Source of the DNA: an uncultured virus (IMG/VR IMGVR_UViG_3300005617_000177)
Lineage: Duplodnaviria > Heunggongvirae > Uroviricota > Caudoviricetes
IMG/VR virus record: IMGVR_UViG_3300005617_000177
Strand: one strand, 5' to 3'
DNA length: 64,000 nt
Position numbers and translations under genes: made by a program. This document shows positions 39,572-46,879 of this stretch, piece by piece; position 1 is the stretch's first letter, and the number at the start of each line of letters is the position of its first letter. The notes beneath the pieces are model-generated. The model searched no databases. It had not been told where the DNA came from and saw only the letters and a program-made list of their open reading frames with translations.

Positions 39572-40391
39572 AGAACGGTGGATTCGCCGATCTTTAGAGC
39601 GCACTTGGAAGGTTTGCCAAACAGTGGTTATCTTCGATGATGGCTCGGAAGATAAAACACAGGAAGAAGCGTATGCAAGCTTTACTGTGAACCATACATT
39701 GCATACACGTTCTGGTGTTCGCATTTTCCAAGGCGAGTCAGAACGCGGTCCTTGCGAACTTCATTATATCCATTCACCTTTTACTCAAGCTGTTCGTCCT
39801 AAAGAACGTGTCAATGAGAACCGGGACAAGAACATCTTGAATTCGTACTGCAAAAGCACGATCGACTATGATTATGTTCTATGTTTAGATGGCGACGAGA
39901 TGCTCAGTAATTCCGCTGTCCGGCAATTCCCTGACGTCTGGAACTTCCTCGACAACCATTGCGACATCGTTGTTCTAACGTTTGTTTATCTGTGGGATGC
40001 AGAGAATCTAAGACGAGTCGACGGAATATACGGCCCACCAAGCGGTATTTCTCAGCTTCGATTCCCTCGAGTCTATACAATCAAGAGGCTTGAGGAATAT
40101 GATCTGTTCAATCTCAGCTTTGCTTGGGGAGGCGCAAGGGGTGGTGGCTTCCACTGTGGTTCTATTCCCACCCAAAACTTCACGACTTCATTGGGTGGCG
40201 CGTCCAAAACCATTGATGCTCCAGTAGTTCACTTCGGATACATCGACAATCCTCTCCGGCAAAGAAAGTATGTCTGGTACAACACTATAGATCCCGGTAA
40301 TGAACACGAAGGCTGTTACAGGCATATCATTGGCGAGGCAGATCAGTGGGCACCGGGACCAGTCGAACTTCAGCCCTGGGAAGATTCATGA
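39531..40391 (+). CDS. Glycosyltransferase family 2
   Basis: KNEERWI, DDGSEDKT, LDGDE, VVHFGY. Confidence 0.8.
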   Translation: MRERTVCQMRIKNEERWIRRSLERTWKVCQTVVIFDDGSEDKTQEEAYASFTVNHTLHTRSGVRIFQGESERGPCELHYIHSPFTQAVRPKERVNENRDKNILNSYCKSTIDYDYVLCLDGDEMLSNSAVRQFPDVWNFLDNHCDIVVLTFVYLWDAENLRRVDGIYGPPSGISQLRFPRVYTIKRLEEYDLFNLSFAWGGARGGGFHCGSIPTQNFTTSLGGASKTIDAPVVHFGYIDNPLRQRKYVWYNTIDPGNEHEGCYRHIIGEADQWAPGPVELQPWEDS

Positions 40392-41851
40392 TTTCTATAG
40401 TCATTCCTTCTTGCACAAACGAGCACCTTGCACGATTGTTGGAATCCATTGAGGTTAGCTCCCCTGGTCTTGGAACTTCCAAGATTCAACAAGTGATGGC
40501 CTCGCCAAATTATCGCGCAGTGTTCCCCTGGGTGTATAACGCGGTGCCTTCTATTGTCATAGGAGATAACGGTCTTTCAGATTCTTTTCGTGAAGAATAT
40601 GCTCCTAAAGGAATCTCTTTTGTCACTGTACATGAACCTTTCATCTTTGCTCGCGCGATAAATTCTTGCGTAGCAACCCTTCCTCCAGAACACGATATTC
40701 TTATTCTCAATGATGATGCGATCATAACCAGTCCTAATTTCGAAGAAGATCTTACCCGTCTCTTGTCCAAGCCGCGGACTCGGCGCTTCGGAATTGTCAG
40801 TCTTAAATTGAGCGGAGGCGTGGCCGGCAACAGGGAACAAATGGAAGATGTCGCAGCCGATGACATTGTATTGACTCGACGCACAGTTTGTTTCATTGCC
40901 GTAGTGATTCGCCGTGAAGTATGGAATCAAATAGGCGGCATGGATGAATCGTTTGTTGGGTATGGATTTGAGGACACAGATTATTGTCGCCGTGCCGTTA
41001 ATGCTGGTTGGCTCTTAGGTATTACAGGAGCGGCCTCTATCGAGCATGGGTTTGGAACTTCCGTGATGAGTAGCACGTTCAGACGAAAACATGGAACGGA
41101 TGGGCATTCTCACCTGTATATTCAAAACCATAACATCTTCAAAGATAAATGGGGCGAAGGGCCTCAGCTAGGAGATTACGAAACTATGCCTATAGTATGT
41201 GACGATAGCGAAGAACCTCTTAGCTCGGGGACTTCGTTTGGTCTCAAAGAACTAAGAAGCCGAGAGCAGTTTACAGCCCAAGCTCCTATGCCAGACAAGA
41301 CCCTCGGTCTTGAATCTGATCTCGAGGCTGATGCTGAATTGCTATGGGCGATTACAAGCCTTGTCAAACCTCAGACGCTTATTGAACTCGGCACTCGTGA
41401 GGGTGTGAGTACTCGTATTCTTGTACTGGCCGCACAACAAGCAAGAGAAGAAGCGAAGATCATAACTATTGATCCTGATTCAACCTGTGCAGACTTTATT
41501 CAAGATCTGGATTGTGAGTTCTATTCAATGAAAGCTGAAGACTTCCTTGCCGGCCTATCTCCGGAAAAGCGTGAAGCTCTCAAGGCGGATATGTTGTTCA
41601 TCGACACCGACCCGCACGACTACCAGCAGACTCTCATGTGGTTGAACACCTGGGTGTCAACCATGCTTCGTCCTGGTGGCTGCGCGCTGTTTCATGATGT
41701 GGTCAGCAATCGGCCGGAGATACAGGTACGCGCGGCCGTTGAGTCTTGGGTGCACGATCACACTGATTGGGAATGGATTGTGTTCCCGGTGCCGGAGAAG
41801 GAATACAAGTGGGCCCAAGGAGGTCTAGGACTTCTCTGGGCCCCAGAATAG
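40388..41851 (+). CDS. GT2 glycosyltransferase fused to class I SAM methyltransferase (Methyltransf_24-like)
   Basis: ISIVIP, ILNDD, GGMDESFVGYGFEDTDY; then IELGTREGVS, LFIDTDPHDY, LRPGG..FHD. Confidence 0.85.
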   Translation: MISIVIPSCTNEHLARLLESIEVSSPGLGTSKIQQVMASPNYRAVFPWVYNAVPSIVIGDNGLSDSFREEYAPKGISFVTVHEPFIFARAINSCVATLPPEHDILILNDDAIITSPNFEEDLTRLLSKPRTRRFGIVSLKLSGGVAGNREQMEDVAADDIVLTRRTVCFIAVVIRREVWNQIGGMDESFVGYGFEDTDYCRRAVNAGWLLGITGAASIEHGFGTSVMSSTFRRKHGTDGHSHLYIQNHNIFKDKWGEGPQLGDYETMPIVCDDSEEPLSSGTSFGLKELRSREQFTAQAPMPDKTLGLESDLEADAELLWAITSLVKPQTLIELGTREGVSTRILVLAAQQAREEAKIITIDPDSTCADFIQDLDCEFYSMKAEDFLAGLSPEKREALKADMLFIDTDPHDYQQTLMWLNTWVSTMLRPGGCALFHDVVSNRPEIQVRAAVESWVHDHTDWEWIVFPVPEKEYKWAQGGLGLLWAPE

Positions 41852-42175
41852 TTACAGCAAGGGTATGCCCCTAAAGAGTTTGCCATCGGCCGAGGGATGA
41901 ACCGCCAAAGCGGTCTTCTGATTTCCAATATCAGGTTCTACGAACGCTTCGCAAGTAATCCCTCGAAGCTTCAGTTCTTCTTCCCACAACAACAGATCGG
42001 CCTCAGTAACTCCTAGAAGCACGAGTGTTTGATGTTCTACTGCCCACTCTCGGATCTACGGATCGGTTCCGTGAATGAGCATAAGGTTAGCCAAAGCATG
42101 ACACGATTGGACCGCTCGCTGTGCGCAGGAAAGATCCTGTCGTACCAGGATAAAGAGCTTAAGCGGTCTTGGCAT
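41852..42175 (-). CDS. Pth2/PTRHD1-fold peptidyl-tRNA hydrolase-like protein with in-frame TAG at codon 40
   Basis: Hand translation: MPRPLKLFILVRQDLSCAQRAVQSCHALANLMLIHGTDP*IREWAVEHQTLVLLGVTEADLLLWEEELKLRGITCEAFVEPDIGNQKTALAVHPSADGKLFRGIPLL. GAGGT SD; TAG at 42056-42058. Confidence 0.8.
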
Positions 42176-42707
42176 TTTCACTTACCTCTTTGAAATGCTC
42201 GGACAGTTTCACCCATGTCTCTGTGTCGACAAACTTCTCAGGATGCTTCGTGAGGCGATTGTCTAACTTCCGGAGATATCGGTGGGCCGCACGGACGTGC
42301 GACTTCGGATTCTTGCCGGCGTGACAAAATATTCTCTGTGCATTGGCTGTATAGGGACGCAGTGATTGCGGTCCTAGAAGCAATTCAATCTGTTCGGAAT
42401 CTGGTACAGCATCATCGCTTAGCTTCAGTAGGACTCTTGCTGTAAGCAGCGCTGAGACTTGTCTCTTTTCATCCTGATAGCGCCTCCAGTCAGGATGTTT
42501 GGGTGAGATAGTCTCAACGACTTTTTCAGTTTCGACTTTGCTTGGGGTGTAGCTCGGGATTCTCGACTCGGTGACGGTCTTGCCATCAGGAGAAGTATAT
42601 ATGATCTTACTTTCCTTTTTGGTCTTCCGTGCGCCGACTTTGATTGAGAAGATCCGATCGGCGTGAACGCGGATCGCATGCTGGACTACTTGCGTAATTG
42701 TAACCAT
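42159..42707 (-). CDS. Basic hypothetical protein coupled to the Pth2-like gene
   Basis: 182 aa, AAGGAG SD, overlaps the Pth2-like start. Confidence 0.7.
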   Translation of the reverse strand: MVTITQVVQHAIRVHADRIFSIKVGARKTKKESKIIYTSPDGKTVTESRIPSYTPSKVETEKVVETISPKHPDWRRYQDEKRQVSALLTARVLLKLSDDAVPDSEQIELLLGPQSLRPYTANAQRIFCHAGKNPKSHVRAAHRYLRKLDNRLTKHPEKFVDTETWVKLSEHFKEVSENAKTA

Positions 42708-42761
42708 CGTTGTCTCCTTAGTTTCGAGTTAGTAGATTGAACCGAATAGACAGCGATGGGT

Positions 42762-42788
42762 TTACGGCGGTCGTTTGGTCTATAACAT
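42762..42788 (-). promoter_or_regulatory. Leader minigene ATG TTA TAG ACC AAA CGA CCG CCG TAA (M-L-amber-T-K-R-P-P)
   Basis: Strong SD (AAAGGAG) 6 nt upstream; ends in RPP-stop if TAG is read through. Confidence 0.7.
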
Positions 42789-42819
42789 CTGTCTCTCCTT
42801 TCAATCTAAGATCATACAA

Positions 42820-42892
42820 TACGTCGTTCGGGATTCGAACCCGAATCCAGGGTTTTAGAGACCCCGTGCTCTAACCATTGAGCTAACGACGC
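42820..42892 (-). tRNA. Amber suppressor tRNA (anticodon CUA), CCA not encoded
   Basis: Cloverleaf GCGTCGT-TA-GCTC-AATGGTTA-GAGC-A-CGGGGT-CTCTAAA-ACCCTG-GAT-TCGGG-TTCGAAT-CCCGA-ACGACGT-A; anticodon at 42856-42858. Confidence 0.9.
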
Positions 42893-42897
42893 ACAAC

Positions 42898-42985
42898 TGC
42901 GTGCGGCGAACCCGGTTGGGATAAGACTCGCAATCCCTGTCATCTAAGGCTCCGGTAGGTTATGCCATTCACCTAGCCGCACGCA
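42898..42985 (-). ncRNA. Structured small RNA or degenerate tRNA-like element
   Basis: Perfect 10-bp closing stem TGCGTGCGGC/GCCGCACGCA; D-arm-like TAGGT-GAATGGCATA-ACCTA; CCGG/CCGG and GGGAT/ATCCC stems. Confidence 0.55.
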
Positions 42986-42991
42986 TGCTCG

Positions 42992-43297
42992 TTACTTCTT
43001 GGCCGTTGCTGCTTTCTCGAGGACGCCGAGAATCTCTTCCTCTCGCAAGATCAGGAAGTCCGTGCCTTCGATCTTGATGTCGGCGCCGCCGTATTTGGCG
43101 AACAGCACGCGATCTCCTACCTTGACGTCGACCGGGACAACCACGCCCGATTCTGTCAAGAAGCCTTTGCCCACAGCTACAACTTCGCCTTGCTGTGGTT
43201 TCTCTTTTGCGTTGTCGGGAATATGAATCAGCCCGACCTGATCTGCCTGCTCAATCCTCCGGATCACTATCCGGTTTCCCAAGGGACGAATGTTCAT
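42992..43297 (-). CDS. groES: Co-chaperonin GroES
   Basis: IRPLGNRIVI, IPDNAKEKPQQGEVVAVG, VKVGDRVLFAKYGG, LILREEEILGV. Confidence 0.95.
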   Translation of the reverse strand: MNIRPLGNRIVIRRIEQADQVGLIHIPDNAKEKPQQGEVVAVGKGFLTESGVVVPVDVKVGDRVLFAKYGGADIKIEGTDFLILREEEILGVLEKAATAKK

Positions 43298-43433
43298 CTG
43301 GATCCTCCAAAACTTTCAAGTGGTAGTCGCCGATATGTTGCAGCCCACAGCGACAAGGGTAATTGTATCGCGCGGTCTTGAACATCGTATCTGTTATTGT
43401 ATTTTCACAAACCGCGCACTGCCAGACTTTCAT
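43251..43433 (-). CDS. Small Cys-rich hypothetical protein
   Basis: MKVWQCAVC...CRCG; ATGA overlap with the upstream gene. Confidence 0.5.
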   Translation of the reverse strand: MKVWQCAVCENTITDTMFKTARYNYPCRCGLQHIGDYHLKVLEDPDEHSSLGKPDSDPED

Positions 43434-43627
43434 TTGAAACCAAGTTTCTTCTGTACATGTGTCGGTGCGTGCCCTTGATGATAGAAGCCGCAATGAGGAC
43501 ATTTGTAGGCATTCACTTTGAGTCCGACTCGTCTGCTGGTTCTACCAGCTTTGATAAGTGCAGCTTCTTTTCCGAGTCTTTGCTTGCCGACACAAGCTTT
43601 GCGTCTCTTGCCTCTCTTGCTGGCCAT
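43430..43627 (-). CDS. Small zinc-finger-like phage protein
   Basis: CVGK...AYKCPHCGFYHQGH. Confidence 0.6.
   Translation of the reverse strand: MASKRGKRRKACVGKQRLGKEAALIKAGRTSRRVGLKVNAYKCPHCGFYHQGHAPTHVQKKLGFK
43436..43448. repeat. 13-bp quasi-palindrome, copy 3
   Basis: 2 nt before minus-strand ATG 43433. Confidence 0.7.
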
Positions 43628-43635
43628 ACCAGTCT

Positions 43636-43875
43636 CTACGCTCTCTGTCGAAGACTCTGGTAGCAGACAGCCCCGAACCCGTGCTTCTCTGCGGTTCTCT
43701 TTGCCGCCCTCACCGAACCATACTGCTTCTTGAGAATCGGATCAGGCACATCTTTCTGTCCCGCCAATCGGATACCTTTTGTCTTGGCGTTATTGATTGT
43801 TGTATCTGTAAGATTCTCTTTTGGATTCAGCCACACAGATCCTTTGCGGCCGACTACGACTAAGTATTTTGTCAT
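43636..43875 (-). CDS. Hypothetical protein
   Basis: 79 aa, GAGGG SD, ATGA overlap. Confidence 0.55.
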   Translation of the reverse strand: MTKYLVVVGRKGSVWLNPKENLTDTTINNAKTKGIRLAGQKDVPDPILKKQYGSVRAAKRTAEKHGFGAVCYQSLRQRA

Positions 43876-44231
43876 TTCTTTCCCTCAGTTAATTCATTGT
43901 AACGTTGCATAAGTTGATCGTGCAGCGACACCAGAGAAGGATGATCGGTGGATTGCAATCCTCGAATGGCATTAGCTAAAGATCCAGGATCGTCTCTATT
44001 ACAAGATAATGCCTGATCTCTTCTGATGCGATCATGCAAACTCATTGGCTCTCCATCTACAATGATTCCTTCTTTAGGCAGGGCTGCTTCGTCTGCAAGA
44101 ATATCATAGATCTTTTCTTTTGTGAGAAGATAAGCCTGTGCTGCACCCATCGCTGACTCCGCGCTTTCAGGATTTTTTCGAATCCGTTCTATTTGTTCAT
44201 CGAGCCAGAGCATGATTTTTTCGGGCATCAT
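43872..44231 (-). CDS. Hypothetical protein
   Basis: 119 aa, ATGA overlaps. Confidence 0.55.
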   Translation of the reverse strand: MMPEKIMLWLDEQIERIRKNPESAESAMGAAQAYLLTKEKIYDILADEAALPKEGIIVDGEPMSLHDRIRRDQALSCNRDDPGSLANAIRGLQSTDHPSLVSLHDQLMQRYNELTEGKK

Positions 44232-44899
44232 ATCAATTCACTCCAGTGAGAGACTTTGTATTTCTGACACAGATACGTGTTCATAAATTCCAAATCGTCA
44301 TGACCTTTGGCATCGGGAATGGAACGAACTGTCCCTCCCATTTCATGTTCAATTACCAGGTCTGGCACAACCATAAAACTCCAGCCGCGCTCTCTGGCGG
44401 CGAAGCAGAATTGAATATCCACGCCATAGCCTTTTAGATTTTCATCGAACCCGCCTACTTCCTTCCAGGCTTCTATGCTGACCAAGGGAGCGACCCAATC
44501 AATATGGCGCTCATACCGCGGTGCTCCGAAGCTCTGCTTCATTGATTGATGTGGTGTCGGAGTGACGGCCGGCGACACCGCCGCGAGCTTCGGAGAGGAT
44601 TTCAATGTAACCGCCAGCTTATTCAGCATGTCGAAACTCAGCCCTTTGACGTCGTTGTTCAACATGAATGCAGCCTTATACGCTTTGAGTCTTGGATGCT
44701 GCATTGCTTTGTTCACCGATTTGAGATACCCGACATTGGAAGGCCACCGTAGAATTTCAATGCCGGGTTCCTCAAATGGAATATCACTGCCGTCATCAAC
44801 AACAATGATATTGTTGCGAGGCTGATCTCGTAATTGTTGAAGCACACTACGAGTCAGATCCTCTCTCTGGTAATGAAAAATCAACGTCGCGATCCGCAT
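44228..44899 (-). CDS. Glycosyltransferase family 2
   Basis: VVDDGSD, MLNNDV, VGGFDENLKGYGVDIQF. Confidence 0.85.
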   Translation of the reverse strand: MRIATLIFHYQREDLTRSVLQQLRDQPRNNIIVVDDGSDIPFEEPGIEILRWPSNVGYLKSVNKAMQHPRLKAYKAAFMLNNDVKGLSFDMLNKLAVTLKSSPKLAAVSPAVTPTPHQSMKQSFGAPRYERHIDWVAPLVSIEAWKEVGGFDENLKGYGVDIQFCFAARERGWSFMVVPDLVIEHEMGGTVRSIPDAKGHDDLEFMNTYLCQKYKVSHWSELI

Positions 44900-45170
44900 A
44901 ATCCTTCACCGAATCTAGGAACTGATCCCGGTGCCGAAGATCGGCGAGAGTCGGCACAGAGAATATTTTATCCGAATGACAGAGCAAGCAACGTGGGCGC
45001 CGGCATCCTCGAGCCTTTGTCTTTCGAAACCGTCCTGCTTGAAAATCGCAGATACAATCTACTGGACGTTGCGGCCAGCCGTGAACTTGCTTTAAGTGAA
45101 TGCGATGCTCTCGCTGTGTTCGATTCCGTTCCTGGTGATACCTCTTCATAGCTACCAACTTTCCGGACAT
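44847..45170 (-). CDS. Small basic Cys-rich phage protein
   Basis: GRFRKTKARGCRRPRCLLCH; start uncertain. Confidence 0.5.
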   Translation of the reverse strand: MSGKLVAMKRYHQERNRTQREHRIHLKQVHGWPQRPVDCICDFQAGRFRKTKARGCRRPRCLLCHSDKIFSVPTLADLRHRDQFLDSVKDYADRDVDFSLPERGSDS

Positions 45171-45227
45171 GACTCAGGGAAGCCATGCCCTTCGTAATGA
45201 TAAAACTATGAAGAGTTCTTAGATTAT

Positions 45228-45653
45228 TCATGCTGTCCTTGCTGCGATTAACTCCATTACAGCTTCTTTCCTGTCTGGAGTTGTTAGAGCCTTGCGTTTG
45301 TCCCCGATGATGACAATGACATCCATGACTTGTACGATCTTGTTCAGAAGCTCTCCCATCTCTCCTTCTTGAAAAGCATTGGGTCTGGCAGGATCGACAT
45401 TGGCTATCAATCGGGTTTGATCCAGAGTCGAGCTCATGACGACATGGCTCTTGTCCGGTCTCAATTCTTCGGGCCATGCTTCATCGAACAACCACAGACA
45501 TTCAAACTCCTGACAGGTCGGAGGTCTCTCACTATAGATGTTACAGCCTTTCCCTATGTCGCAATGTTGGCACCACTGTGTAGCGGGCTTGGACAGTTCT
45601 GTCACGCCCATGACTTTGCAGCACATCGTACAGCTTCCGCATTGTCTTGGCAT
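45228..45653 (-). CDS. YkgJ-like CxxCxxCC Zn/Fe-chelating protein
   Basis: CGSCTMCC...CQHC..GCNIYSERPPTCQEFEC. Confidence 0.8.
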   Translation of the reverse strand: MPRQCGSCTMCCKVMGVTELSKPATQWCQHCDIGKGCNIYSERPPTCQEFECLWLFDEAWPEELRPDKSHVVMSSTLDQTRLIANVDPARPNAFQEGEMGELLNKIVQVMDVIVIIGDKRKALTTPDRKEAVMELIAARTA

Positions 45654-45654
45654 A

Positions 45655-45957
45655 TCAGTCCTCTACTACAACCCAATTGGTTTCCTTGAAATCATGAAGA
45701 TAGGGATTCCAAAAATCTTCTCGTGCGCAGGATATTGATAGGCCACGCTCAGATTGTGTTCTGACTTCAGGCTTAACAAGAAGGATGCGTCTTGCATAAT
45801 GAGCCGGTCCCTCTCCAACCAGTCGATGCGGTTCTGCTACAAGATATGAAGTCCAGTTGTCTCGCCACGATCGAGGATCATCATCTGGATAAACTACGCG
45901 AACTTTCTTTCCCTCTTCCAATTGCTTGAGTGCCCACTCCCACGTTCCTTCTATCAT
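45655..45957 (-). CDS. DUF2829/Tad2-like protein
   Basis: WALKQLEEGKKVR...W...WNPYLHDFKETNWVVV resembles the family N- and C-terminal motifs. Confidence 0.5.
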   Translation of the reverse strand: MIEGTWEWALKQLEEGKKVRVVYPDDDPRSWRDNWTSYLVAEPHRLVGEGPAHYARRILLVKPEVRTQSERGLSISCAREDFWNPYLHDFKETNWVVVED

Positions 45958-46706
45958 TTTGGTATTTCTCCATCTTGTGAGGCGCCTTCGCCGGTCAACG
46001 GATTGCCTGGGTCATCGAGATGTTCGGCCGTAATGCTGTGATCGATCCACCAGCGGCCGAAGCCATTCAGATATGCATCAGAAGCATAAGCCGGATCTTC
46101 AGAAAGTGCGGTCTCCGGATTCTCTCTTGAAGCTCCGAATCTGAAGGCCAGAGTGCTGAATAGATCGCGGCGGATCAGACAGTAACCGCATGTGCCGTGT
46201 CCAACTTCCCATACTCCTGGTCTGTCCGGTACTTCAAACTGCGGCCAGAATTCATAATCGACATGCGAGTGCGCTCCGCGCCCGGGGACTAATCCACCAC
46301 ATAGAGGCCGGTCCAGATCGAGCAGCCTCTTCAAACCATCCGGCTTGATAATGACATCGGCATCTACGAACAAGATATGGGATGCGTCATTGTGGAGCGC
46401 AAAGGCTCTGGCTTCATTGCGCGCACGGACGATACCGATTAATCGCGCCTGATCTTGATCGTACTTAGGCTTAGGGATCCAGGGCGAAGCCATGTGGCAC
46501 ACATCTAATGTGTGTGGGATAGGACAATCATAGTCCAGATAATTCAATAGAGGCCGAAACAAAGAATGGATGTTGGGCAATCCCACATTCGTTTCCAAAT
46601 GAACGTAGTAGTGCAGATCTGGATAATCAGTCAGGGCCGCAGCCGGGATTGCTTGTAACTGAGAGTAGGCTTTTCGATCACACAGAATGGTCGCCAGAAC
46701 AATCAT
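45954..46706 (-). CDS. Glycosyltransferase (GT-A fold)
   Basis: ARNEAR, ILFVDADV, GYCLIRRDLF, SEDPAY, H at the end of the fold. Confidence 0.7.
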   Translation of the reverse strand: MIVLATILCDRKAYSQLQAIPAAALTDYPDLHYYVHLETNVGLPNIHSLFRPLLNYLDYDCPIPHTLDVCHMASPWIPKPKYDQDQARLIGIVRARNEARAFALHNDASHILFVDADVIIKPDGLKRLLDLDRPLCGGLVPGRGAHSHVDYEFWPQFEVPDRPGVWEVGHGTCGYCLIRRDLFSTLAFRFGASRENPETALSEDPAYASDAYLNGFGRWWIDHSITAEHLDDPGNPLTGEGASQDGEIPK

Positions 46707-46879
46707 TCGCCCTCCAGTAATTTGTGAATCGCTTCGGCATCTTCTCTGTCAATGACTATGTGGGTTTTATCATAGATAAGCTCGTTTATCCTGATGCCGT
46801 CCCATTCTTCAGCAAGAGTATCTTCATCTTTGTCTATTTGTTCTTTCAGGGTATCTGCTAATTCCTGTCGCGTTTTCAT
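46703..46879 (-). CDS. Small acidic hypothetical protein (58 aa)
   Basis: MKTRQELADTLKEQIDK...LLEGE; fills the gap with ATGA overlaps at both ends. Confidence 0.55.
   Translation of the reverse strand: MKTRQELADTLKEQIDKDEDTLAEEWDGIRINELIYDKTHIVIDREDAEAIHKLLEGE

Noticed and set aside
42898..42985. Ochre suppressor tRNA (CCTTAGA loop)
   Set aside because: There is no anticodon stem around the loop and no T arm; kept only as a structured RNA candidate.
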